Shown: positions 1 through 6,813 of the stretch, piece after piece
How the letters are laid out: each line of letters opens with the position of its first letter
Numbering within the stretch: the stretch's first letter is position 1
Assembly: GCA_029856525.1 (NCBI GenBank)
Contig: JAHQXC010000056.1
Coordinates: 1 to 8,723 of the forward strand
Source: Candidatus Odinarchaeia archaeon
GTDB taxonomy: Archaea > Asgardarchaeota > Odinarchaeia > Odinarchaeales > Odinarchaeaceae
Length of the DNA stretch: 8,723 nt
Reading direction: 5' to 3'
Made by a program: the position numbers and the translations under genes
The notes under the pieces: model-generated
What the model saw: the letters and a program-made list of their open reading frames with translations, nothing else
Databases searched by the model: none
Told to the model about the DNA's origin: nothing

Positions 1-591
1 TTTCTCGACGTAGATAATCCTTTAACATATGGTAACGTTATATCCCCTATAACCCACGGGAAATTATATAACAGATACAGGTATCTGGCGCATAAGGCTA
101 TGGTGAACGCGGTATCCGAATTCAAAAAAATTCAGAAAGAGTTTGAAACGGTAGTAGGTAGGAAGCAGGAGGGATTATTAACTGGCTATAAAGTTTACGA
201 CGCTGATATCATTTTAATATCAATGGGAACTCTTTTTAATCAGAGTATTAACGTCGTTGACACGCTTCGAAAAGAAGGATGTAAACTCGGCGCGATAAAA
301 ATAAGAATGCTTCGACCTTTTCCTCGGCAAATACTTCAAAAACTTTGTAAAGATAAAAAAGCGGTTTTGGTATTGGATCGTGACTTATCCCCGGGGATAG
401 GTGGTATTCTAGCTTGGGAGGTAAAGTCCTCATTATTCGAGTTAAAAGATAATTTGCAAGTTATCTCCGCTGTGACGGGATTAGGGGGAGTGGAGGTTAC
501 TACAAAAGATATTATCGATTTCGTTAGAACAGTCTCCAAGAATCTGGAAAATAAGAAATATACGGATAAAATTTATTGGATTAGCGTTTAG
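1..591 (+). CDS. porA: 2-oxoacid:ferredoxin oxidoreductase alpha subunit (PorA-like), 5'-truncated by the window edge
   Basis: The frame is open from base 1 (FLDVDNPLTYG...) through the listed ORF 100..591, so ATG100 is internal. It shows PFOR domain II features (ADIILISMGT, KLGAIKIRMLRPFP, VLDRDLSPGIGG, GLGG) and lies directly upstream of a porB-like gene. Substrate (pyruvate versus branched-chain) cannot be resolved. Confidence 0.9.
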   Translation, partial: FLDVDNPLTYGNVISPITHGKLYNRYRYLAHKAMVNAVSEFKKIQKEFETVVGRKQEGLLTGYKVYDADIILISMGTLFNQSINVVDTLRKEGCKLGAIKIRMLRPFPRQILQKLCKDKKAVLVLDRDLSPGIGGILAWEVKSSLFELKDNLQVISAVTGLGGVEVTTKDIIDFVRTVSKNLENKKYTDKIYWISV

Positions 592-602
592 AGGGGTATA
601 CG

Positions 603-1520
603 TTGGATAAATTACCAGAAATTTGTTTGGATGAGTTGCTTTTACCAGGACATGCCGCTTGCCCAGGTTGTGGAGCAGCGTTAGCGTTAAGGCATGTTCT
701 CAAAGCTCTGGGGGAGAATACGATAATCATTATCCCAGCCGGCTGCTCTTCTATTATACAGGGCGTTTACCCTAAAAGCGCTTTGAACATCCCAGTGTTA
801 AATTGTGCTTTTGACTCAGCTGCAGCATATGGAAGCGGAGTAGTGGAGGGTTTGAAAGCTAAAAATAAATTTAAAAATTTAAATGTAATTGTATGGGCTG
901 GGGATGGAGCTACATTTGATATAGGGTTACAAGCGCTAAGCGGAGCCGCTGAGCGGCATACCGATATGATTTATTTTTGTTACGATAATGAAGCATATAT
1001 GAATACTGGTATACAAAGCAGCAGCGCTACGCCGCTTGGCGCTCTAACTACAACTACGCCTATTATAGGTAAACGAGAAAGAAAAAAGGATCTTATCTCC
1101 ATAATTCTAGCTCATGAACCAAGCTATTTAGCTACAGCAGTATCAGGGTATCCAGTGGACTTATACAATAAGGTTTTAAAAGCTAAAAAATATACTGGAT
1201 TCCGTTTCATTCATATTCTAACCCCCTGCCCCCCAGGCTGGCGTTTCGACTCAAAATACACGGTGACAATATCTAAGCTGGCGGTAGCTACTGGTATGTG
1301 GCCTTTATTCGAGGTTGTTGAATCTAAATTCAGTCTCACCGGTCCTAGTTTAAAACTATTAGATCCAAAAAATCGGAGGAGCGTTGAATCGTATTTTGCT
1401 CTTCAAGGCCGTTTTTCTAAACTAACTAAGGAGGAAATAGATTCTATTCAAAAATTTATAGATAAACGCTGGGAGGAGCTTAAATATTCAACAGTTTTTA
1501 AAGATAAAAGACTCTTATAA
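603..1520 (+). CDS. porB: 2-oxoacid:ferredoxin oxidoreductase beta subunit (TPP-binding, PorB-like)
   Basis: Motifs PGHAACPGCG, GDGATFDIGLQALSGA (TPP-binding), YDNEAYMNTGIQ and CPPGW. TTG start with SD-like GAGGGGT at 591-597, 11 nt after the porA stop. Confidence 0.93.
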   Translation: MDKLPEICLDELLLPGHAACPGCGAALALRHVLKALGENTIIIIPAGCSSIIQGVYPKSALNIPVLNCAFDSAAAYGSGVVEGLKAKNKFKNLNVIVWAGDGATFDIGLQALSGAAERHTDMIYFCYDNEAYMNTGIQSSSATPLGALTTTTPIIGKRERKKDLISIILAHEPSYLATAVSGYPVDLYNKVLKAKKYTGFRFIHILTPCPPGWRFDSKYTVTISKLAVATGMWPLFEVVESKFSLTGPSLKLLDPKNRRSVESYFALQGRFSKLTKEEIDSIQKFIDKRWEELKYSTVFKDKRLL

Positions 1521-1979
1521 TTTTATTTCATCAACTATTAACACATTATTATTTAACAGGTTTACTGTAAACTCCCCTTTTTCACTATAAACGTTTAATA
1601 ATTTCATCCATTCATCGCTGCCAGTAATCAACTCTTCATCATATTTGAGTTGCGTTAAATCAATTCTGATTAAAATTAGCGCACCGTATTTGAAGGATAG
1701 TAGAGTTATTTTAGGCCCCGCGGAATCTACTTTAATTGAAGCAGCTAAAATAGGCGAAAACTTGGTCAAATCAATTTGATATTTATTTTTAGGATCCATA
1801 TATTGTTTTAGTATACCTCTTGATTTTATCTCTAATACCGCTATCTGATTTCTCCTCGCCTCGAAGCTCTCTTTTAAAAGCTGTGTGATATACGCGCTCC
1901 TATTAGGAGATATTTCATCTAATCTTGTTAGAATGCTTTTAGGTATTGTTAATGATATTCTAATTAATTCTTCTGACAT
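1515..1979 (-). CDS. Ribbon-helix-helix (CopG/NikR-like) DNA-binding protein with an unassigned C-terminal domain
   Basis: The N-terminus IRISLTIPKSILTRLDEISPNRSAYITQLLKE fits the RHH pattern (alternating beta strand, helix, RS-x-x-I helix). I do not recognise the remaining ~110 aa. Confidence 0.72.
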   Translation of the reverse strand: MSEELIRISLTIPKSILTRLDEISPNRSAYITQLLKESFEARRNQIAVLEIKSRGILKQYMDPKNKYQIDLTKFSPILAASIKVDSAGPKITLLSFKYGALILIRIDLTQLKYDEELITGSDEWMKLLNVYSEKGEFTVNLLNNNVLIVDEIKL

Positions 1980-1988
1980 AAAGGTCGA

Positions 1989-2018
1989 TATTACTAGATA
2001 ATATATTACTTAGTAATA
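1989..2018. repeat. Two adjacent 15-bp quasi-palindromes upstream of the RHH gene (candidate operator)
   Basis: TATTACTAGATAATA (1989-2003) is followed directly by TATTACTTAGTAATA (2004-2018). The second is a perfect 7-1-7 inverted repeat. Confidence 0.55.
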
Positions 2019-2062
2019 CTAATATAAAAATCTATAGAATAGTATTAAAACATTTATCATAA

Positions 2063-2167
2063 TGGAGGCTCGGGTGGGAATTGAACCCACGAATCGCCCT
2101 TATATGCAAAGCATATAAGTCCGACAACTTACCATGCTGCCGCTCTACCGGGCTGAGCTACCGAGCC
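2063..2167 (-). tRNA. tRNA-Thr(GGU) with a 28-nt intron at position 46/47 and encoded CCA
   Basis: Acceptor stem GGCTCGG/CCGAGCC, U73, CCA. D stem GCTC/GAGC. Anticodon arm GCAGC-ATGGTAA-GTTGT with GGT at 2133-2131. T arm GTGGG-TTCAATT-CCCAC. Removing 2093-2120 gives variable loop CGGTC and a 77-nt tRNA. Confidence 0.92.
2093..2120 (-). other. BHB-type tRNA intron (28 nt, position 46/47)
   Basis: Central helix TGTC/GGCG, bulges GG^A and AT^T, intron helix CTTATATGC-TTT-GCATATAAG (perfect 9 bp). Confidence 0.88.
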
Positions 2168-2260
2168 AGCGCTAAAACATAAGTAAGCTAAACAGCGCGC
2201 CTTCATTATTTATTGTGATACCACACTCATAATTAAAATTTACCGTTAAAAAATATAACG

Positions 2261-2268
2261 TTTATATT
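2261..2268 (+). promoter_or_regulatory. Candidate TATA box for the 2291 gene
   Basis: TTTATATT ends 22 nt before ATG2291, spacing consistent with a leaderless archaeal mRNA. Confidence 0.4.
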
Positions 2269-2290
2269 AAACTTCTTTTAAATTATATTT

Positions 2291-2638
2291 ATGCCTTCTA
2301 AATCTAAAAGAAAAAACAGCGCGGAAAGAATACTGGCGGTTATAGGAGCGGTTATTAGTATCATCTTTGGTATTCTTTTGATCGCTACGCTTCCAGGTTT
2401 AATCGGCCCTCTAATAATCCACGGCCTTCCTTTAAACATTATCTGGGGGATACTAGTCATAGTGTTCGGGATAATTATTCTCACTAGTTATGGCGTGGTT
2501 AAAATAGGACCAAAGGTTGGACACGACTGGCCGATTCTAATAATACTTGGAGTTTTATCTTTAATATTCGGTGGAGATATAGGCGCTATTATAATCATAA
2601 TCGCAGGGATAATCGCCTTGGCTCGTACACTATCTTAA
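2291..2638 (+). CDS. Small integral membrane protein (about 4 TM segments), function unknown
   Basis: Basic N-terminus followed by Ile/Leu/Gly-rich hydrophobic segments. Has a candidate TATA box upstream and a T-tract downstream. Confidence 0.8.
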   Translation: MPSKSKRKNSAERILAVIGAVISIIFGILLIATLPGLIGPLIIHGLPLNIIWGILVIVFGIIILTSYGVVKIGPKVGHDWPILIILGVLSLIFGGDIGAIIIIIAGIIALARTLS

Positions 2639-2650
2639 CCCGCACCCTCC

Positions 2651-2657
2651 TTTTTTT
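2651..2657 (+). terminator. Oligo-T archaeal terminator candidate
   Basis: T7 run 13 nt after the stop at 2638, between convergent genes. Confidence 0.5.
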
Positions 2658-2665
2658 ATTTAATT

Positions 2666-3193
2666 CTAAGCTTGATAAGAGCTGTCCTCCTCTTTTTTCA
2701 ACGATAAACCTAATCTCTCATAAGCGCTGTTAATTAAAAGCTCTCTAAGAATATTCCCATACTCGGATATATTCCTCCGAGCTTGCTCTGAAACCCCTTG
2801 AACCTCTTCAGTTTCTTTTAAGACCATAGTTATTTGTTCATCTATTTTTTTAGAAAATTTATCAATATCTTTAACAGAGATAACTTCTTTCTTCAAATTT
2901 TCACAACCATTTACAAATATCTGCCCGAGCTTAGAGTAAACCATTAGATCAGGTCCTGTAACATTCAAAACTATTACATCCCCTAAATTTTTCACAAGTT
3001 TAACTAATAGAAAGGTCTCTTCACCTGTTAATCGAAAAGCAGATTTACCGAAGAACCGCGTAGTCAACTCTTTAGATAACACCGCGCGTATCCCCACAAT
3101 ACTCCAATTCTGTACTTCAAGCGACTTAACTTTCCCAACTTCTTTAAAATCAGCAGACATAATTTTAGCTTTCAAAATTCTCTCCACATCCAT
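2666..3193 (-). CDS. PRC-barrel domain protein with a C-terminal helical extension
   Basis: The N-terminal ~80 aa fit the PRC-barrel pattern (LKAKIMSADFKEVGKVKSLEVQNWSIVGI...LVKNLGDVIVLNV). The C-terminal ~95 aa are charged and look helical. Confidence 0.68.
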   Translation of the reverse strand: MDVERILKAKIMSADFKEVGKVKSLEVQNWSIVGIRAVLSKELTTRFFGKSAFRLTGEETFLLVKLVKNLGDVIVLNVTGPDLMVYSKLGQIFVNGCENLKKEVISVKDIDKFSKKIDEQITMVLKETEEVQGVSEQARRNISEYGNILRELLINSAYERLGLSLKKEEDSSYQA

Positions 3194-3272
3194 TTAAACC
3201 GCCATCATCAATTAAGTAATATTTAATTAACAAGTATGAGATAAACTTAAATAAATATATTAAGTTAAGGAT

Positions 3273-4139
3273 ATGGGCTGTCGAGTTATGAAATATAATA
3301 AATTAACTGACGAGGAAGAGCGCGTCATCGTCTATAAGGGAACTGAGCCGCCGTTCACCGGTAAATATACATATCATTGGGAGAAAGGGATTTATACATG
3401 TAAACGTTGCGGGGCTCCCCTTTACCGTTCAGAGGATAAATTCGATTCAGGGTGCGGCTGGCCCAGCTTCGACGATGAAATACCCGGGGCTGTAAGGAAG
3501 CAACCTGACAAAGACGGTATCCGAACTGAAATCGTATGCGCTAAATGCGGCGCTCATCTAGGTCACATCTTTTTCGGTGAAGGATTCACCTATAAGAATG
3601 TTCGACACTGTGTGAACTCGATTTCACTGAATTTTATACCCGAGCGAAGTGAACAGATTTTAGAGCGAGCTATATTTGCAGGTGGTTGTTTCTGGGGAGT
3701 GGAATATTATCTTAAAAATATTAAGGGTGTTGTTTCTACAAGAGTCGGCTACACGGGCGGACATAAAGATCATCCTTCATACGAAGAAGTTTGCACTGGA
3801 ACAACAGGTCACGCTGAAGCTGTTGAAGTTATTTTCAACCCTGAAGTAATATCATACGAGCACCTTGTGAAAATATTTTTCGAAATCCATGATCCTACGC
3901 AGATTAACCGTCAGGGGCCTGATATAGGGGAACAGTACAGGTCGGAAATATTCTACTTAAACGAGGAGCAGAAGAGAATCGCTGAAAAAATAATTGAACA
4001 ACTTAAAAATAAAGGCTATAAAATAACTACACGTATCACAAGGGCAACAGTATTTTGGCCTGCGGAGGAATATCATCAAGACTACTATAATAAAAACGGG
4101 GGAAAGCCTTACTGCCATAAATATATTCGAAGATTCTAG
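3273..4139 (+). CDS. msrAB: Bifunctional peptide methionine sulfoxide reductase, MsrB-MsrA fusion
   Basis: MsrB: GTEPPF, Zn-type CKRC and CAKC, SGCGWPSF, RHCVNS. MsrA: AGGCFWGVE, GHAEAV, YRSEIF, AEEYHQDY, YCH. ATG3288 (MKYNKLT) may be the true start. Confidence 0.95.
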   Translation: MGCRVMKYNKLTDEEERVIVYKGTEPPFTGKYTYHWEKGIYTCKRCGAPLYRSEDKFDSGCGWPSFDDEIPGAVRKQPDKDGIRTEIVCAKCGAHLGHIFFGEGFTYKNVRHCVNSISLNFIPERSEQILERAIFAGGCFWGVEYYLKNIKGVVSTRVGYTGGHKDHPSYEEVCTGTTGHAEAVEVIFNPEVISYEHLVKIFFEIHDPTQINRQGPDIGEQYRSEIFYLNEEQKRIAEKIIEQLKNKGYKITTRITRATVFWPAEEYHQDYYNKNGGKPYCHKYIRRF

Positions 4140-4206
4140 ATCATTCTTAACCGTGAATTCTAAATTATGGTGCGGGGGATGGGATTTGAACCCATGAAGG
4201 CCTACG

Positions 4207-4236
4207 CTCTGCCTTTATTTCGTATTGAAATCAAGT
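4207..4236 (-). other. BHB-type tRNA intron (30 nt, variable-arm base, 3 nt after position 43)
   Basis: Central helix CTGT/GCAG, bulges GG^A and AG^C, intron helix CTTGATTTC-AATAC-GAAATAAAG (8 of 9 pairs). Confidence 0.88.
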
Positions 4237-4245
4237 CCACAGGAG

Positions 4246-4263
4246 CTCTAAAGGATTATCCTT
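4246..4263 (-). other. BHB tRNA intron (18 nt, canonical position 37/38)
   Basis: Central helix CTGA/TTAG, bulges GG^A and AG^C, intron hairpin AGGA-TAA-TCCT. Confidence 0.9.
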
Positions 4264-4364
4264 CCTCAGTCCTGCCCCTTAGACCTGGCTTGGGAACCCC
4301 CGCTTTTTATAAATTATTTTTATGTTTTTAGTAAAATATGTTTCTATTTTAACTTTACGAGTTT

Positions 4365-4865
4365 TCAAATATAATATGTTTTACTTCCTTTATCAAATTC
4401 TTTGACTATGTCTATTCTTATATTTGTCGGTTGATAGTCCGCCGGCGCATAGATTAAAGGGAGTTTTGGGAAGAACGCTGTCAAACCTTCTTCAGCTATT
4501 ATTCTCGCAGGATGCTTCGGGTCTTTAAACACCTCTCTGGTGATTTGGATGGTTAAAATTCTAGTGTGAGATTCGTCAAGATGCCCTAGAGAATGAATAT
4601 ATTCATGTAATAATATGTGATACGTGTACGCGAGGACAATCTCATCTGAGTAGTTCTCAAGGATTAATCTTAACGGTGTTGTGTTCATGATTATCATAGT
4701 ACCGCCGGCGAAATACATGCCTCCTATGAATCCTCCTCTGAAAAGTCCTAGCTCCGCTAATCCGAGTGATAGTCCTGCTCTCCTCCGTTTAATTACTTTC
4801 CAAACATCTTTTTTAACCTGTTCGAAGATTTCAGGCAGTTTTTCTCTCAACTCTTCCAGTCTCAT
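4365..4865 (-). CDS. Uncharacterised zincin-like (HExxH) metalloprotein
   Basis: YHILLHEYIHSLGHLDE contains HExxH, with upstream glycine-rich strands (GGFIGGMYFAGG) and IIMN. No signal peptide is evident. Confidence 0.7.
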   Translation of the reverse strand: MRLEELREKLPEIFEQVKKDVWKVIKRRRAGLSLGLAELGLFRGGFIGGMYFAGGTMIIMNTTPLRLILENYSDEIVLAYTYHILLHEYIHSLGHLDESHTRILTIQITREVFKDPKHPARIIAEEGLTAFFPKLPLIYAPADYQPTNIRIDIVKEFDKGSKTYYI

Positions 4866-4944
4866 TTTTAAAACCTTTTTAATTAAAAGATAAAATATAA
4901 ATTCTGATTTCTATAAGTATCACGTTGCCTGTTATTTAAATGAA

Positions 4945-6813
4945 GTGATGGTGGAGTCGATGAGTAACGGTGTTAAAACAGAGGTGGAGAAGGCGCCTTC
5001 ATTTTATAGTATTCTATTTCAGTTTCCATCTTTTAAAAAACTTATCTTGATAAGCTTATCCTCTAGTGTGATCTTATGTATACTCGCCGAGCTTATCATG
5101 CCTTTTTTCAATCCGTTAGCTGATTTATATTACGGGCTTTTAGAAGGTGTTATAATATTTTTCATCCCTGGTTTAATTACCAGTCTTATAAGTTTTTTTA
5201 TGCTTAGAAGAGATACAAGAATGCTTAATCTAAGGAGGCTTATAGCAATCTCCACTATTGAAACCTTTATCTGGGGTGGATTATATGTTATCGGAGCTTT
5301 AATATATTATTTTTCAGGTCATCCCGCTCTACTAGTGTATAGTTTCTGTTTCGGTGGCGCCTTTGTATTAACGCTTCGTTTACTAGTTTTTTCATCTATA
5401 AGCTTCTCTAAATGGTGGGTTAATATCTTGTTAAGTTTGTTAAGAACTTTTATATCGATGGGTGTGGCGCTTATATTATTAATTACCCCTCTTAACTCCT
5501 TATTATTAGGCTCCTTGACTTGGATACCGGGGATAGTTATTTCATCTTTTATAATGGGCGCAGGGGTTTATTTATATAAGTATATTGTTGATTCAAAGTT
5601 GGATAAGAGTGTCGGCGTTAAAAGCACAGTCTTCTTGAAAGCGTTTATGGCTAGCTGGCTTGCAGATGATAATAAGCATTTGGAAACCTTATTTGATAGG
5701 CTCGGAGAAACCGGTGATATTGAAATAGGTTTAGTATTTTTTAAAGATGTGAATGGGAGGAGAACGAGTTTTATAATTCCGCAAATCCATCCCGGTCCAT
5801 TTAGAACAGTGGGCAGTTCAAATCTACCATGGTTGCTTTCATCAAGATTGGAGGGGGCGGCTTTAGATACCGCGCTTGTATTCCACGGCCCTTCAACTCA
5901 CTCTTCTAATCTCGTTAAATCTGAAAGCGTGAACATGCTCATCGATATTTTAAAAGAAAAATTCGGGGATTGTAAATTATCGTTTAACGTTGTCTCCGAG
6001 TTTATTAGAAGGAGGAATCAGCGATTTGAAGTAGGCTGCCAATTTTTCGGTGATTTAGCTATTATAACAGCTTTTGATAGAATGGATACGGAGGATATCA
6101 CACCGATCGTGGTGGATAAGCTTAGGGATCGTGTTAAACCATTAGGGGTTAGTGATATTATTTTAATAGACGCTCATAATAATAAGAACCCTGGCTCAAA
6201 TAGGCAGCCTGTAAGCGAACCTGATGAAGTTAACAGCTTATTAGATGTCGCCGAGCTTGTTGTTAAAGAGGCTCTTGGAAAACCTAAAACAGGTTTCAAA
6301 ATCGGATCTAATAGGGTTGTTTTCAATAAAGATCTTAAAGCTAGCGGGATAGGGGATAGTGGGATTGCAACCACGATTTTAGAGTCGAAGAATCAACGGA
6401 TGGTTTATATTTTAATAGATGGGAATAACATGGTAGCTGGTCTTAGAAATAGGATTCGTGAAATCGTATTACAGCAAGGCTATGATGAATGCGAAGTTAT
6501 GACAACGGACACCCATTCAGTTGATGGAATAACTTTGAGAACTAGTAATCTAGTAGGTTTACACTATCCTGAAAGCGAGCTTATAAAGAATATTTTAGAA
6601 TCTATACGTGAAGCTGAGAAGAATCTTGCACCCGCAGAGGGCTGCTACTCGATTTTTAAAATAAATGATATGAGAGTCGCCGGGCCTTCGGTTGAGAGTG
6701 TTCTAAAAGGCACCGGGGAAGCGTTGAACGCAGCTCGAACCGCTTTACCACCTATATTATTATCCACGGTTATATTGGTAATCATTATTTACTTGGTCAT
6801 CTCTATGCTTTAA
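4945..6813 (+). CDS. DUF2070 family membrane protein (COG3356-like, predicted membrane-associated hydrolase)
   Basis: About 6 N-terminal TM segments, then a soluble domain with HPGPFRTVGSSNLP, FHGPSTH, DAHN, DGNN and TTDTH, then a C-terminal TM. ATG4960, preceded by GGTGGAG, may be the real start. Confidence 0.82.
   Translation: MMVESMSNGVKTEVEKAPSFYSILFQFPSFKKLILISLSSSVILCILAELIMPFFNPLADLYYGLLEGVIIFFIPGLITSLISFFMLRRDTRMLNLRRLIAISTIETFIWGGLYVIGALIYYFSGHPALLVYSFCFGGAFVLTLRLLVFSSISFSKWWVNILLSLLRTFISMGVALILLITPLNSLLLGSLTWIPGIVISSFIMGAGVYLYKYIVDSKLDKSVGVKSTVFLKAFMASWLADDNKHLETLFDRLGETGDIEIGLVFFKDVNGRRTSFIIPQIHPGPFRTVGSSNLPWLLSSRLEGAALDTALVFHGPSTHSSNLVKSESVNMLIDILKEKFGDCKLSFNVVSEFIRRRNQRFEVGCQFFGDLAIITAFDRMDTEDITPIVVDKLRDRVKPLGVSDIILIDAHNNKNPGSNRQPVSEPDEVNSLLDVAELVVKEALGKPKTGFKIGSNRVVFNKDLKASGIGDSGIATTILESKNQRMVYILIDGNNMVAGLRNRIREIVLQQGYDECEVMTTDTHSVDGITLRTSNLVGLHYPESELIKNILESIREAEKNLAPAEGCYSIFKINDMRVAGPSVESVLKGTGEALNAARTALPPILLSTVILVIIIYLVISML

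Larger units (their letters stand above)
4168..4303 (-). tRNA. tRNA-Leu(GAG) with two introns (37/38 and variable-arm base) and encoded CCA
   Basis: Acceptor stem GCGGGGG/CCCCCGC, A73, CCA. Archaeal Leu D-arm (CCCAAGCCAGGTCTAAGGG). Anticodon stem CAGGA/TCCTG with GAG at 4267-4265. Removing 18 and 30 nt gives an 88-nt tRNA with variable arm T-GGC-GTAG-GCC-TTC. Confidence 0.93.

Noticed and set aside
248-539. Minus-strand ORFs 248..433 and 336..539
   Set aside because: Antisense shadows of porA with no motifs.
100-591. ATG100 as the start of a 163-aa protein
   Set aside because: The frame is open to base 1 with PorA-like sequence, so the gene begins upstream of the window.
2100-2120. GCA triplet in the Thr intron together with U73, suggesting tRNA-Cys
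   Set aside because: The GCA lies in a paired stem of the intron. The proper 7-nt anticodon loop carries GGT, and U73 is also usual for archaeal tRNA-Thr.
2278-2484. Minus-strand 68-aa ORF
   Set aside because: Antisense to the membrane-protein gene, which has better promoter and terminator support.
3210-3228. AATTAA-N7-TTAATT inverted repeat
   Set aside because: Low-complexity A/T sequence that is expected by chance in this intergenic region.
4246-4263. TTTAGAG in the Leu(GAG) intron as an alternative anticodon (UAG or UUA) via alternative splicing
   Set aside because: TTAG is simply the BHB partner of CTGA. No second BHB register gives a valid 7-nt loop with those anticodons.
4681-4893. 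Plus-strand 70-aa ORF
   Set aside because: Antisense to the HExxH gene with no recognisable features.
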